NCBI GenBank assembly: GCA_964394465.1
Contig: CAYMXS010000006.1
Span: 5,836-69,835, forward strand
DNA from: an uncultured Thermoplasmata archaeon
GTDB taxonomy: Archaea; Thermoplasmatota; Thermoplasmata; Halarchaeoplasmatales; Halarchaeoplasmataceae
Length of the DNA: 64,000 nucleotides
Direction: 5' to 3'
The translations under genes and the position numbers were made by a program. This document shows, one piece after another, positions 19,662-30,323 of the stretch. How positions within the stretch are numbered: position 1 is the stretch's first letter; each line of letters opens with the position of its first letter. The notes beneath the pieces were generated by a model. It ran no database searches. It was not told the origin of the DNA and worked only from the letters and a program-made list of their open reading frames with translations.

Positions 19662-20609
19662 TCACCATCTTTTTGGATAATCACCGGTTGGATGGAATAC
19701 TCTCTCAGTACGGATGACCAAGCCCTCTTCCATATCCATGATCTCTTCCGCATCCTTTATTGCTTCACCAACGGCTAGACCCTCCATCTTCGGAGAAAAA
19801 ATACTCACTTTATCACCCAGGTCAAAGTCATCCATCTCCAGTATGCCGGGAACGGCGATGTCCGCACCATTGAGTATGGAAGCGGAACAGGTGTCCTTCA
19901 CTTTCACACCTGGAAATCTTTTCATCACGTCTTCGTAGGGTCGGAGTATATCTTTGAGATGGTCAGTTTCCCCATCCTGGTAATACTCCATGGCATCCTT
20001 CAGGTCCTGAAGAGTACAACTCTCATCTTCCTTGAAACCGCCGGCCTCGGTGCGCCTCAACTCCATCATATGACCGCCGGTCCCCATGGTCTTCCCGAGG
20101 TCTTTACACAACGTCCTGATATAGGTGCCGGACTCACATCTCACCCTAAGAAGGTACTCTTTCTTTGTCCTATGGCAATCTAGAAGTTCCAACTCGTATA
20201 TCTTCCGGGAGCGTCTTCTTCTCTTCACGCCGGAACGGACCGGAGGGGTCTGATATATCTCACCTTTGAATTCCTCTAGTATCTCAAGAAGATAGTCATC
20301 ATCTATAGTTCCGTGGAACTTCATTGCCGCTACGTACTCCTTTGGCTCCCTGTGAAGGTAGTCTATCAGTCTTACGGAAAGACCTATCCCCATGGGTAGA
20401 ACGCCCGTGGCGTTGGGGTCCAAGGTACCGCTGTGCCCCGCTTTTCGGTCAAACATCCTCTGTACCCAGGAGGATACCTGGTGACTGGTTGGACCAGCCG
20501 GTTTGTCTAGAACAAAGACGGATCTAGGTATAAGTTCTTCTAATTCCCTTCTGTTGGGATGATCACCCCATTTTGAAACTGTATTATTCTTCCCCTTCAC
20601 GTACCTCAT
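19662..20609 (-). CDS. cbf5: H/ACA pseudouridine synthase Cbf5 (TruB family)
   Basis: DKPAGPTSHQV, GHSGTLDP, GTYIRTLC, PUA domain. Confidence 0.95.
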   Translation of the reverse strand: MRYVKGKNNTVSKWGDHPNRRELEELIPRSVFVLDKPAGPTSHQVSSWVQRMFDRKAGHSGTLDPNATGVLPMGIGLSVRLIDYLHREPKEYVAAMKFHGTIDDDYLLEILEEFKGEIYQTPPVRSGVKRRRRSRKIYELELLDCHRTKKEYLLRVRCESGTYIRTLCKDLGKTMGTGGHMMELRRTEAGGFKEDESCTLQDLKDAMEYYQDGETDHLKDILRPYEDVMKRFPGVKVKDTCSASILNGADIAVPGILEMDDFDLGDKVSIFSPKMEGLAVGEAIKDAEEIMDMEEGLVIRTERVFHPTGDYPKRW

Positions 20610-21174
20610 CGACTGCCCCCTTCTCTATCCTTTCCACTATCTCCTCTGGACTATGCTCATGAGAATCTATGACCAGGTCGTAAAACGAAGTGTCGAAGAT
20701 GTCTATATCATAGTAATCGCGATAGCGCTTCTCCTCGCTCTTCTCCCTGCGTTTTACCCTTTGTTCCAACTCGGGAAGGTCTTCTTCTTTCACATCTTCT
20801 CTCTCAGCTATCCTTCTGACCCTTACCTCCAAAGGAGCGCGCAACCAGACCTTGTAGGCTTCCTTTTCAGAGTCATGCATCAGATGTCCGGTCAAGCGTC
20901 CTTCCAGTATCTTTCCGGGCTCTGCAGAGCGGATCATCCTCCTATCCAGTTCTTTATCTATCTTCTCATCTTTCTCGGCTAGGATACTAAAATCCTCCAG
21001 AGAGAGATCGCGTTCTTTGGCCATATCTCTGAAGATCTCACCCGAAGATATTATCTCCATCCCCGTACTTTCAGCCAGCCTGTTGGCCGCAGTGGATGTA
21101 CCGCTCCCGGGCAGACCGCTTATGGTGATTATTATCCTGTCGAACGTATCTTCTACAGAGATGTATAACGACAC
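20584..21174 (-). CDS. cmk: Cytidylate kinase (archaeal type); start uncertain
   Basis: ITISGLPGSGTST, EGRL, RIAER; position in the operon. Confidence 0.92.
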   Translation of the reverse strand: MSLYISVEDTFDRIIITISGLPGSGTSTAANRLAESTGMEIISSGEIFRDMAKERDLSLEDFSILAEKDEKIDKELDRRMIRSAEPGKILEGRLTGHLMHDSEKEAYKVWLRAPLEVRVRRIAEREDVKEEDLPELEQRVKRREKSEEKRYRDYYDIDIFDTSFYDLVIDSHEHSPEEIVERIEKGAVDEVREGEE

Positions 21175-21189
21175 TCCTTGGGATTTTAT

Positions 21190-21903
21190 CTATACACTTT
21201 CCTCATCTTCCAAGCGTTTCCTGAAATCGTATATCTTGAGCAGTACCAGGAACACCTGACCTAGTGGTACGGAGATGAGCATATAAACACCTATCCACTG
21301 GAAGAAGGGGAAAAAACAGGCATCTATTATAGAATCCTGTAGATTCGCGTTCAGTGCCCAAGGCGTCGAATAAATCGTATTGGGCAGGCCCTGGATGAAC
21401 GTCCATATCCAGCCGAATATGGATATGATGACCACCATCGTGACCACCATCGACTTGAGCTGAGGTTTCATCATATTCATAGACTTCTTAGATATCTCAG
21501 GCTGCATCTCCTCCATCTTCTTGACCTTTGTGGTCTTGTTGGCCCGTTTAGCCTCCATCAGCTCGGATCGGAACTTATTGCTCACTTCTTGGTTCTCAGC
21601 CATCTCCACCCAATCCATGAATATATCCCTCACAGCGGTGGAGAACGCTATCATCATGGTACCGGCCAGTATAAGCGTCAGGATCGGATAATTCCCGTTG
21701 AAGCCGATGGCTGGATAAAGTACAGAGCCCAGAGCCCTACCTATCTGGAAACGTAGATCTGGGTTGAAGAGGACCATGAGCAAAATGACACCTAGAAATA
21801 TGTAGCCAAATCTCCTCATATCAAAGAGGGGCTTACCTCCCTGCCTACTAGGCGCCTCCTCTTTTTCTTCTGCTTCCTTTACCTCTTCTGATTCTTCTGA
21901 CAA
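21190..21903 (-). CDS. DUF106 / Oxa1-superfamily (EMC3/TMCO1-like) membrane protein
   Basis: TM-coiled coil-TM layout directly after secY. Confidence 0.85.
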   Translation of the reverse strand: MSEESEEVKEAEEKEEAPSRQGGKPLFDMRRFGYIFLGVILLMVLFNPDLRFQIGRALGSVLYPAIGFNGNYPILTLILAGTMMIAFSTAVRDIFMDWVEMAENQEVSNKFRSELMEAKRANKTTKVKKMEEMQPEISKKSMNMMKPQLKSMVVTMVVIISIFGWIWTFIQGLPNTIYSTPWALNANLQDSIIDACFFPFFQWIGVYMLISVPLGQVFLVLLKIYDFRKRLEDEESV

Positions 21904-21918
21904 TTCATCACCAATGTT

Positions 21919-23505
21919 CTATTGATTACCGAAGAAGTCCCTCAATACGGGGTGCATCTCCATCATCTGTTCTTTGCCCATCTGCTCGTACAACTGAGTG
22001 AGAATAGATACGGCCAGGAAAAGACTCGTACCGCTGGTGTTACCGACGGTACCCAACATATTTGCGACTGCAGCCAAGGCCCCTATAAAGAAGCCGCTGA
22101 AGTTGGTTATAGTAGGTATATACCTTTCCAAAACCTTTCTCAGAACCCGAGGGTCCCTCCTGAAACCAGGTATCTGCATACCACTGTCTTGGATCTGGTC
22201 AGCCACGGATTCCGCGTCCATGTTCGTGGTCTGGATCCAGAAGTTCGCGAACAGGACGGCAAAGACCACCATGAAGGTGAAATGACATATCACATGGGCA
22301 GCGACCTGCACCTTGCTGTGAGTGAGGACAACTTGACCTGCCTGATTGGTGACCTCCCGCATACCCGAGTACTTATCAGATATCAACGGTAGAAGCCAGT
22401 CCTGAAGCCCGTTGATCCTCGAGATATACCAGGCTCCTCCACCGATAGGTTGAGTTGACCTGGGCTGGTACATACCTATCCACCATTTATGTCCAACTAA
22501 TGGGAAGTTCTGGAAGGTTGGATTGTTGTAGAACAACATGGCGAAGAGATTTATGTTAGCTAGAAGTGCGGAAACGAGGATGACCGGCAGTACAGATGAG
22601 TAAACAAGTTTCAGGGGATACCTACCTCTTGCCCCTCTGGCCCTACCGTGTGATAACGGCAGTTCCACCCGTGATCCCTGAACATACGCAACTATCACGA
22701 ATATAATTATAGTCGATACTAGAGCTATTATAGGATTAGGGTTCTGCAGTAGCAGGGTCTCCAGCCTTCCTGAAGCTAGCTGCTGTGCGGAGTTATGCTG
22801 GATGAGATATATCGTTTTAGGAACGGTCCCCACGGGGATAGGCGACTGAGGCTGATTGGGATTGGTCTCCCAGTTGAACGTCCCGGTGAAAATCCCCTGA
22901 GAAACGCCGGCGACGATGAAAAGACTGATACCGCTGCCGATACCCCATTTGGATATCACTTCATCCATCAAGAAGATCAGATAAGAGCCAAAAGCTATCT
23001 GAGCAACTATCAGAGCCTGAGCTATCTGCTTCCCGTATCCAGATACGTAGCCTCCCATGGTACTAACGAAGGCGTCTGCCGGCTGCAGATAGCCGAATAC
23101 CTGTGGGACGGCCTGCACGAATATCATCACGATGACGAGGAATTTTTGTGTGTTCTGATATACAGCTTTGTCCTCTGGATCCTTCATGTCCAGGTCTATG
23201 ATCTCCGAGCCCTGGAAGAGCTGCATCATTATAGAAGCGTTCACGATAGGGGATATCCCCAGATGGACGATAGAGCCCGATTTCCCTGCAAAAATCGCCC
23301 TGAACTGGGCGAAGAGATCCATGGACTCACCCATGCTCAACCCGTAGACGGAAACGTTCGTCAGGGCAAAATAAACCACCAATACCAAGATGAGCCACAG
23401 CATCTTACGTTTGAAATGCACGTGACCCTCTGGCTGCTTGACAGAAGGCATCCGCCCGGTTATGGGCTTGAGTTTGTAAAGAAGGCTCTTATCCTCGTCT
23501 GCCAT
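21919..23505 (-). CDS. secY: Preprotein translocase subunit SecY
   Basis: LGISPIV, KWGIGSGISLFI, MQIPGFRRDPR. Confidence 0.98.
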   Translation of the reverse strand: MADEDKSLLYKLKPITGRMPSVKQPEGHVHFKRKMLWLILVLVVYFALTNVSVYGLSMGESMDLFAQFRAIFAGKSGSIVHLGISPIVNASIMMQLFQGSEIIDLDMKDPEDKAVYQNTQKFLVIVMIFVQAVPQVFGYLQPADAFVSTMGGYVSGYGKQIAQALIVAQIAFGSYLIFLMDEVISKWGIGSGISLFIVAGVSQGIFTGTFNWETNPNQPQSPIPVGTVPKTIYLIQHNSAQQLASGRLETLLLQNPNPIIALVSTIIIFVIVAYVQGSRVELPLSHGRARGARGRYPLKLVYSSVLPVILVSALLANINLFAMLFYNNPTFQNFPLVGHKWWIGMYQPRSTQPIGGGAWYISRINGLQDWLLPLISDKYSGMREVTNQAGQVVLTHSKVQVAAHVICHFTFMVVFAVLFANFWIQTTNMDAESVADQIQDSGMQIPGFRRDPRVLRKVLERYIPTITNFSGFFIGALAAVANMLGTVGNTSGTSLFLAVSILTQLYEQMGKEQMMEMHPVLRDFFGNQ

Positions 23506-23524
23506 CTGGGCTTCACTTCCTGTT

Positions 23525-23956
23525 TTAGTCTGTCTTCAACTCTCCTCCAGCCTCTTCTATCTTCTCGGCTGCCCTATCACTGGAGGAGGGTACTTTGATC
23601 CTCATCTCGTATCTAGGAGAACCTCTACTTAAAAGTTTATCATAACCAGCTTCTTCAAGGTTGATCTTGTAGACATCGTCTTCCTTCTTTGCATATCCGT
23701 CTTCCATCAGCTGGTCCAACATCTCTTCGACCTGATAGATGTTTATAGCCTCTTTCTCCTCTACAAGGGATTGGGGTCGGGTGAATCCTTTGGGGCCGAA
23801 GTAATCAGGGTCGTGCTTGGCTAAGGACTTCCATTTATGCTTGTCTAAACCGGCTTTTCCTCGGCCACCGCGTTCTCCAGCACCTCGGCCGTTTTTGACA
23901 CCTCGGCCGTGAGACCTAGATCCTCTATTTTTCTTTCTCTTCGTTTTCTTCCCCAT
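23525..23956 (-). CDS. rpl15: 50S ribosomal protein uL15
   Basis: RGSRSHGRG..GRGAGERGGRGKAG. Confidence 0.95.
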   Translation of the reverse strand: MGKKTKRKKNRGSRSHGRGVKNGRGAGERGGRGKAGLDKHKWKSLAKHDPDYFGPKGFTRPQSLVEEKEAINIYQVEEMLDQLMEDGYAKKEDDVYKINLEEAGYDKLLSRGSPRYEMRIKVPSSSDRAAEKIEEAGGELKTD

Positions 23957-23961
23957 GATTA

Positions 23962-24447
23962 TCAGTCTCCTGAGCTGTATTCCGGTCCTAACATCTTGAC
24001 TAGGAGGTCGTTGATAGCCTGACCTCGGTAGCCTAAAGAGCCACCGCTGTTATAAGGTTTTTTGACGGAACGATAGCCTCCCCGTGGCGGATGAAGTCTG
24101 AAAAGGTTATCAAGATCCGGTATAGAATCCATACTTGACTCACCCTTTGCAACAGCACCGGCGAAGTCCATCACAGATTCATACTGGGTTTCATCTTCCA
24201 CTCTTTTCTTGACGCTCTTCTTGTCCAAGCCGGACCTCAGAAGGATCAAACGTCCAAGGGACATCTTCTCTATCTCACCCCAGGTGACCATGTCCTTTAC
24301 CTTGTTGAGCATGCCTTCATAGTGGTCCTCTTCAGGTACTATAGTACAGTGGTTTACCTTCCTAAGTCGAAGCATATCTAGGGTATCAAGGACCTTCTTC
24401 GATTTGTTCTTTGAGCCTCTCAATCTCAGTACTGCGTAACTCATCAT
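23962..24447 (-). CDS. rpl30: 50S ribosomal protein uL30
   Basis: [24 protein letters not shown]. Confidence 0.95.
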   Translation of the reverse strand: MMSYAVLRLRGSKNKSKKVLDTLDMLRLRKVNHCTIVPEEDHYEGMLNKVKDMVTWGEIEKMSLGRLILLRSGLDKKSVKKRVEDETQYESVMDFAGAVAKGESSMDSIPDLDNLFRLHPPRGGYRSVKKPYNSGGSLGYRGQAINDLLVKMLGPEYSSGD

Positions 24448-25127
24448 GTACCAGCCTCCTTGGCTTCTTGTTGATCTTCTTGCTCTTCATGTATACCCTG
24501 AATTATGCCGAGCTCCTGGGCCTGATCCTTCCGAACGGTCATCTCGGATGTTTTCTTCAGAGCGTTGAATATGGCCTGGGCGTAATTTACCGTCGTACGG
24601 GTTGTACCCTTAGAGAAGGCCCACATATCTTGGATACCGGCCCTCTCCAACACGGATTTGGCAGTATCACCTACGGCTAGACCGACCCCTCTCGGAGCGG
24701 GCTTTAGGATCACTTTTACTGATCCACTTTTTCCAGTCACCTCGAATGGTATCGTATGAGGGTTACCACAGCCGCATTCCCAGGACCCGCAGCCTCTTCT
24801 GATCCTTATCATATTGAGTTTTGCGGAATCCATACATTTTCTTATAGTTGCTCCCACTTCGTTTCCTTTTGCGGTCCCGACGCCTACGTAACCGTCTCTA
24901 TTCCCTATGACAGTAGTGACCGTAAACCTGACTCTTCTCCCGGCATCGGTCATCCGCTGGACCATGTTGACATCCAGAACATCGTCATCCATCTCGGCAA
25001 ATAGCGCATCGACTATCTCAGGCTCTTTTATAGGCAGCCTGGTAGCTAAGGCTTCCTTCATACTGGTTACTTCTCCGCGTTTTACCATCCTGCCCAAGCG
25101 GGTCTTAGGTTCCCAAACGTTATTCAT
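24444..25127 (-). CDS. rps5: 30S ribosomal protein uS5
   Basis: [29 protein letters not shown]. Confidence 0.97.
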   Translation of the reverse strand: MNNVWEPKTRLGRMVKRGEVTSMKEALATRLPIKEPEIVDALFAEMDDDVLDVNMVQRMTDAGRRVRFTVTTVIGNRDGYVGVGTAKGNEVGATIRKCMDSAKLNMIRIRRGCGSWECGCGNPHTIPFEVTGKSGSVKVILKPAPRGVGLAVGDTAKSVLERAGIQDMWAFSKGTTRTTVNYAQAIFNALKKTSEMTVRKDQAQELGIIQGIHEEQEDQQEAKEAGT

Positions 25128-25627
25128 CAATATTCCTCCAATTTAGATTTGACTTCTTCAAATTCTTCCACTGTTTCCTCGTCGATATGTTCTCCCCTCA
25201 GTCTCTCCTCAGGGGGTAGTACCTCCGGGTCATGTGGAACTTCGATACCTGCATCGACGATGCCTGAAAGAGCGGAGAATATCCTGCCGCCCTTCTCAGG
25301 GTGGTTCAGGCCTATGTCGAGAACGGCCTCATCTATACCCTTCTCTCTAGCTTTCTTAGCTGCCAAGTAGCCGACAAGATAAGAACTGGGTATGTTCAAG
25401 CCGTACTGTTCCCATCCAAAATCCTCCAGATGTTTACTCGTAGCTACTGCTTCCACCCTATCGCCTTCTGGATCGTAGCGGATGAACTGGACCTGTATGT
25501 TCTTGTTAGATAGTCTTACAACGGCTCTGACCTTCCTTGATTTTAGAAGGCGAAGTCTCTGTCTGTAATCAGTCTTACCTTCCTGCCTTCTCTTCAAAGG
25601 CATCCTGTGTGTAGGCCCTTCACCCAT
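25127..25627 (-). CDS. rpl18: 50S ribosomal protein uL18
   Basis: [21 protein letters not shown]. Confidence 0.96.
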   Translation of the reverse strand: MGEGPTHRMPLKRRQEGKTDYRQRLRLLKSRKVRAVVRLSNKNIQVQFIRYDPEGDRVEAVATSKHLEDFGWEQYGLNIPSSYLVGYLAAKKAREKGIDEAVLDIGLNHPEKGGRIFSALSGIVDAGIEVPHDPEVLPPEERLRGEHIDEETVEEFEEVKSKLEEY

Positions 25628-26102
25628 CTTGACCACGCTCCATCAATTCGTAACTGTCTTCAAGGTGCCCTTCCATCTTCAGATGAAGTATCATGTCTGA
25701 GCGGTCCTCGAAGGTACCGCCCTTGGCCTTCTTATAAAACTTTCTATACGTTGACCTGTCGATGTATTCCTCGTCCCTCAGGTGGCGCAACTCGTCCCGG
25801 ATCACTCTTATCCTCTTTTTCCAATCTTCCTTGGAATCGTGTCTAGCGTTCTTCTTGCCTTTTCTCTTACCGTGTCCTTTCTGTCTTCCTTTCTTCTTCT
25901 GTTCCTGTCTATCTCTGGTTCTTCCTCGGGAGTTGCCCTTCTCTCCCTTCTTCTGGATGACACCACGATTGATCAACTTCTCTACCTCCTCTCGAGTTAT
26001 GGCCTCTATGACCTCGTCGAGCATGGTGTCATCTATCCAAACTCTGTTCTCACCGCACTTGAGTATGTCAGCGGCTAACCTTTTTTGATATTTAACATCC
26101 AT
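25620..26102 (-). CDS. rpl19e: 50S ribosomal protein eL19
   Basis: QKRLAADILKCGENRVWID, KAKGG. Confidence 0.96.
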   Translation of the reverse strand: MDVKYQKRLAADILKCGENRVWIDDTMLDEVIEAITREEVEKLINRGVIQKKGEKGNSRGRTRDRQEQKKKGRQKGHGKRKGKKNARHDSKEDWKKRIRVIRDELRHLRDEEYIDRSTYRKFYKKAKGGTFEDRSDMILHLKMEGHLEDSYELMERGQDG

Positions 26103-26116
26103 GACTACCACCTGAT

Positions 26117-26548
26117 CTAAGATGATCTGTTGAGTACTCTAATATCCATTTCATCAGCTTTCTCCTCTATTTTAATCCTTTTACGCATCCCGACACCGTG
26201 AGCGATACGAGCCGCCTCGGTATCTGGGTCGATATCTTCAAGTTCATCAGTGTTATGTACCAATACCTCTTCGAAACCAGAAGGATGTAGACCCCTTACT
26301 TTCTTGGGAGACCGATATCCTTCGGAAACCACGTTTGGTCTGTATTTTATATTTTGCCTAGCTTTGGAGTGGGTACCTCTAGCGTTCCTCCAAGTGTTCC
26401 TGTCCAATTTTTTATAGCGGAACCACTCCTGTCTTGCGAAAGCCGGCCTGCTCTTCTTTATCTGCTCTCTTTTCTCTAACAGTTTCTCAGTTTCCTCGTC
26501 AAGGTCAGGTTTCTTCTTGACTTCATATTCTTCATCTTCTTCTGCCAT
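26117..26548 (-). CDS. rpl32e: 50S ribosomal protein eL32
   Basis: FARQEW, GYRSPKKVRGLHPSG. Confidence 0.96.
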   Translation of the reverse strand: MAEEDEEYEVKKKPDLDEETEKLLEKREQIKKSRPAFARQEWFRYKKLDRNTWRNARGTHSKARQNIKYRPNVVSEGYRSPKKVRGLHPSGFEEVLVHNTDELEDIDPDTEAARIAHGVGMRKRIKIEEKADEMDIRVLNRSS

Positions 26549-26565
26549 GATCGAACACCTCTTGA

Positions 26566-27117
26566 TTATACCAGTGGTTTACCTGCCTTCTCGATTATGT
26601 AGATGCCGTCCTGGAATACCCTGGGATCGGCACCTTTTATCTTGGTCGAAGACTCTACGTTGGCTGCCGTCTGGGCCACTTCCTCTCTGTTTGGGCCTCT
26701 CAGTATCAATATATCGTCGTCTATCTCCGCCTTTGTATCCCCCAGCAGCGGGGCTTTTCTCGGCTCAGATTCTCCTACGAAGTTCTCGCAGACTATCTCA
26801 TCTTCTTCTACTCTAACTTTCATCGGAAAATGTGAGTAGATGATCTTCAGCTTGTAGACGAAATCTTCTTGAACACCTTGGACCATGTTGTTCAGATGTG
26901 ACCTGTAGGTCCCTATAAGCGCCTTCTCCTCTTTGGAGGGAGAGTCCACACTCAGTATGATCTCGTCCTCCTTTATATCGATATCTATCTTTGGATTTCC
27001 GAAAGTCTTCGAGGCCTCACCGTTCTCTCCATAAAAGGTGACCTCATCGCCTTCTCTTTCAACCCTTATGGACTCGGGTATCTCAATCCTTTCTTCCAAT
27101 CTAGCTGCAACTGGCAT
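26566..27117 (-). CDS. rpl6: 50S ribosomal protein uL6
   Basis: YSHFPM, DPRVFQDGIYI. Confidence 0.96.
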   Translation of the reverse strand: MPVAARLEERIEIPESIRVEREGDEVTFYGENGEASKTFGNPKIDIDIKEDEIILSVDSPSKEEKALIGTYRSHLNNMVQGVQEDFVYKLKIIYSHFPMKVRVEEDEIVCENFVGESEPRKAPLLGDTKAEIDDDILILRGPNREEVAQTAANVESSTKIKGADPRVFQDGIYIIEKAGKPLV

Positions 27118-27128
27118 TTTGACCACTC

Positions 27129-27518
27129 TCAGTAAACATAAGCTAACAGTTTTCCTCCGATCCTCTTTTCCTTCGCTTCTGAGTGTGAGATGACACCGTG
27201 ATTGGTCGTGAGTATCAAGACACCGAAGGCCTGAGCCGGTAGGTATCTAGACTCGTAGCCGTCTATATCGGAGACTTGAACTGACCAACGGGGCTTGATG
27301 ACCTTACACTTATTGATATTTCCATTCAACAATACATTGTATTTGTCTCCACGGCCATCTTCCACATACTCGAACCTCTCTAGATAACCGTTGCTCTGCA
27401 TAACCTTCAATACCCTGCCGATCAACTTAGATGCAGGTTTTACCTGGCATTCCAACTTACCGCTTTGTTCTGCGTTGTTTATGGTTGACAAAGCGTCATT
27501 CAACGGGTCGTACTTCAT
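27129..27518 (-). CDS. rps8: 30S ribosomal protein uS8
   Basis: DPLNDAL, IGGKLLAYVY. Confidence 0.96.
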   Translation of the reverse strand: MKYDPLNDALSTINNAEQSGKLECQVKPASKLIGRVLKVMQSNGYLERFEYVEDGRGDKYNVLLNGNINKCKVIKPRWSVQVSDIDGYESRYLPAQAFGVLILTTNHGVISHSEAKEKRIGGKLLAYVY

Positions 27519-27529
27519 AGACTTACACC

Positions 27530-27694
27530 TCACGAATATTTTTCAAATCCTAACTCTTCGGCCACTTCTCTAAAGCACTGCCTGCAGATATGGAGACCGT
27601 ATCTACGGATGATACCTCTCTTACGGCCGCATCGTCTGCATCCTTCTTTTCTTCCGAAGTCCTTATCCGGTTTCAATCCCTCTTCATCTGACAT
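27530..27694 (-). CDS. rps14: 30S ribosomal protein uS14 (Zn-binding); not in the supplied ORF track
   Basis: Translated by hand: [54 protein letters not shown]. Confidence 0.95.
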   Translation of the reverse strand: MSDEEGLKPDKDFGRKEGCRRCGRKRGIIRRYGLHICRQCFREVAEELGFEKYS

Positions 27695-28216
27695 CTAATA
27701 CACCTCCACGTCGAAGCTCTCTTCGACGAACTCTATGCTTTCGTCCTTGGAGAGCTGGTGGCTCTTTGGTAACTCCTTTGGTTTCTTCTTACGCTTCTTT
27801 ATCCTGTAGCCTTTCCTGGCCATCTCGACGGATATATCCATCCCGAATATGCCTATCTCTGGATCATAACTGACCCCTTCGAAGTCGGTGTAATCCTCTA
27901 TCCCGAAGGAGAAGTTCCCTCTCTCATCGAAGCATGTTTCAGGGATAGAATCTTCTCTGACCCAGAAGGCCCGGTTCAAGAAATCATAGGCCCTTTCTCC
28001 TCTCAGTGTAACTTTACAGCCGACTGGTTGCCCTTCTCGAATACCGAAGTCCGCGTTGGTTGTATCTGCAGTGGTCTCTATGGGTTCCTGATTCGTCAGC
28101 ATCTCTAATACGTCGAAGGCCTTTCTCAATTTTTCTCCGCCCTGACCTACACCTATGTTGACCACACATTTGACCAGTCGAGGCTCCTTCATCTCGTTAT
28201 CGTAGTCCATACTCAT
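27695..28216 (-). CDS. rpl5: 50S ribosomal protein uL5
   Basis: VNIGVG, GCKVTLRG, YDPEIGIFGMD. Confidence 0.96.
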   Translation of the reverse strand: MSMDYDNEMKEPRLVKCVVNIGVGQGGEKLRKAFDVLEMLTNQEPIETTADTTNADFGIREGQPVGCKVTLRGERAYDFLNRAFWVREDSIPETCFDERGNFSFGIEDYTDFEGVSYDPEIGIFGMDISVEMARKGYRIKKRKKKPKELPKSHQLSKDESIEFVEESFDVEVY

Positions 28217-28929
28217 ACTATCCCCACCTCAGGGATCTTTATCTCCGGCGTGTCCTCGCCGATGGGGAACACGTAATCTTCCACAGTAGACACACCAGAA
28301 TCGAAATGTACGAGGTTATCCTGTGGACCTTTCATTATCTCGTATTTCTCTATCTTCCCTATCTCCCCGATGTGCTTGCCGCCGGTTATCAGGGCCATAT
28401 ACCCCTTCCTGAATTGTATGACGTCTAGCACTTTCTGTGAAGGCAACTGGATCTTGAGGACGTTCTTGGTTCTGAATTTATTGGCGTCGTCCAGGACTAT
28501 ATTCCTCCCGTCATGGAGATTGTACTGGGTCTTACCACCTTTGAGCGAGACCTTGTCCACTATCTTACAGAGCTTCCAACCACTTTGGTCCTCCTCGATT
28601 GGGCCCAACCTGATCTGGCCCTTCTGATCGAACAGTACCCTGTAATGCTCCTTTAAAGACGGTATGGATACGACGTTCATCAGTCCCAGAGGCTGCTTAC
28701 CGTCAGTTGCAACGGTCCCATCGACCTTCACCTTCCTTTCACCGAGCAGTATCTTCGCTTCTCTCGCACTCTCAGCGTACTCCAATATGTCTCTAACAAC
28801 GACTAACAAAGGTACGCTTCTATCCTCTGGATATGGGCCAGGATTCGATTTCGGGGCCCAGTAATGGTCCTTTGTGGGGATTCCCCACTTCTCCGAAGGT
28901 ATCTGATATCTATTATTATGTCTCGTCAT
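28213..28929 (-). CDS. rps4e: 30S ribosomal protein eS4
   Basis: PLLVVVRD, NLHDGRN, ITGGKHIG. Confidence 0.96.
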   Translation of the reverse strand: MTRHNNRYQIPSEKWGIPTKDHYWAPKSNPGPYPEDRSVPLLVVVRDILEYAESAREAKILLGERKVKVDGTVATDGKQPLGLMNVVSIPSLKEHYRVLFDQKGQIRLGPIEEDQSGWKLCKIVDKVSLKGGKTQYNLHDGRNIVLDDANKFRTKNVLKIQLPSQKVLDVIQFRKGYMALITGGKHIGEIGKIEKYEIMKGPQDNLVHFDSGVSTVEDYVFPIGEDTPEIKIPEVGIV

Positions 28930-29300
28930 TCGTTACCCTCCTCTGATATATTTTCGATCTTCTTCTTTCTCCAAGGGTCTGAAAGATTTAGTTTCGTTAT
29001 CTTAAGATTAGAAGGATGGATCCCAAAGGGCTCCTTTGATTCGTCCGCCTTCTGTACGGTCACATCTTCGATGTACACCTTTTCGTGTCTACTATCCACT
29101 TGAGCTACATCATCGATATGACCTTTAAAACCGCCTCTCATGACCTCTACTTCATCTCCCTCTCTGACCGGCAAACTTCTCGTGCCGTATTTCTCTCTCA
29201 GATCCTCTGCCAAGGTAGAGGACATGATCTTCCTCTTTTTATGATGAGAGGCGTTCTTTTGCCTTTTCCTCTGTTTTTCGGGTTTCTCGCTGGATGCCAT
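28926..29300 (-). CDS. rpl24: 50S ribosomal protein uL24
   Basis: SLPVREGDEVEVMRG, IHPSNL. Confidence 0.96.
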   Translation of the reverse strand: MASSEKPEKQRKRQKNASHHKKRKIMSSTLAEDLREKYGTRSLPVREGDEVEVMRGGFKGHIDDVAQVDSRHEKVYIEDVTVQKADESKEPFGIHPSNLKITKLNLSDPWRKKKIENISEEGNE

Positions 29301-29311
29301 GTTTTTCACCT

Positions 29312-29710
29312 CTACATTATCATTGCCGCCGTGGCGCCGACCCGGGGCCAGCGTTCAGCCGCTTCTCTAGCGACCGGGCCTTTTATCTCCGAGCCCTTGG
29401 TATCGCCGTCCTCATGAGTAAGCACGACAGCATTATCTTCAAACTCAACCATCACGCCGTCAGCTCTTCTAAAGGGCCTTTTCTGTCTAACTATAACCGC
29501 TCTTGTCAGGTCTCTCTTCATCTCAGGGGTTCCTTTCGTCACTGAAACCACTATCTGGTCGCCGATACCAGCCTTTGGATATCTTCGATGAACGCCGTGG
29601 TAGTTCACTACTGAAACGATCCTGACCTGTTTTGCGCCTGTATTATCTATACATTTCAGCTTGCTGCCGACCGAGAGTCCTTTTGTCTGGGTACCCGCGA
29701 CCCCTTTCAT
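29312..29710 (-). CDS. rpl14: 50S ribosomal protein uL14
   Basis: CIDNTGAK, FEDNAVV, GPVAREAAERWP. Confidence 0.97.
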   Translation of the reverse strand: MKGVAGTQTKGLSVGSKLKCIDNTGAKQVRIVSVVNYHGVHRRYPKAGIGDQIVVSVTKGTPEMKRDLTRAVIVRQKRPFRRADGVMVEFEDNAVVLTHEDGDTKGSEIKGPVAREAAERWPRVGATAAMIM

Positions 29711-30045
29711 CTCTCTTCACCTCTTTCTATGATGACAAAGGATACGCTCTTGCTCAGCGGCCTGCATTTCATTATCTTGACCTCATCCCCTTCATCTACA
29801 TCTATGCAACCGGGGATATGGCTCGGATAATGGCTCCTCTTCTTCTCGTAACGTTCAAATTTTGGAACATAATTGAAGTAATCCTTTCTAACAACCGCAG
29901 ACCCGTCCATCTTAACAGATTCGACCACTCCGCGGAGGACCTGTCCCCTCACCGAGAGTTCTCCGTGGAACGGACAGTTCTTATCCTCACAGGTCGTATC
30001 TGGTGGGTTCACTTCTACTCCGATATCTCGCGCTTCTTCTGCCAT
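29707..30045 (-). CDS. rps17: 30S ribosomal protein uS17
   Basis: DKNCPFHG..VRGQ, CRPLSK. Confidence 0.96.
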   Translation of the reverse strand: MAEEARDIGVEVNPPDTTCEDKNCPFHGELSVRGQVLRGVVESVKMDGSAVVRKDYFNYVPKFERYEKKRSHYPSHIPGCIDVDEGDEVKIMKCRPLSKSVSFVIIERGEER

Positions 30046-30052
30046 AGTTTCA

Positions 30053-30319
30053 TCAACCTAACCTTTTGATTCTATCCTCTGGACGATATGAAAGTTCGTT
30101 TCCATCTATGACTGCCTCTTTACCCTCGAACTCGACCTTGAACTCGTTCTTCTCTTTGGGTATTGTCTTTTCCTCACCTGAATTCGTATCTACAACAAAT
30201 GTATTCTTCGTTTCATCCACGACTTTACCTTCTATGGCCATGTAGCCTGAGTGATTCGAATCGATCACTTCAAGGTGTTTACCGATATACTCCATGGTGT
30301 ATACACTGTCTTTTTCCAT
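30053..30319 (-). CDS. rnp1: RNase P protein Rpp29
   Basis: GKVVDETKNT, RPEDRIK; conserved operon position. Confidence 0.92.
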   Translation of the reverse strand: MEKDSVYTMEYIGKHLEVIDSNHSGYMAIEGKVVDETKNTFVVDTNSGEEKTIPKEKNEFKVEFEGKEAVIDGNELSYRPEDRIKRLG

Positions 30320-30323
30320 GATA

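Noticed and set aside
22795..23598. 267-aa + strand ORF
   Set aside because: Antisense shadow of secY.
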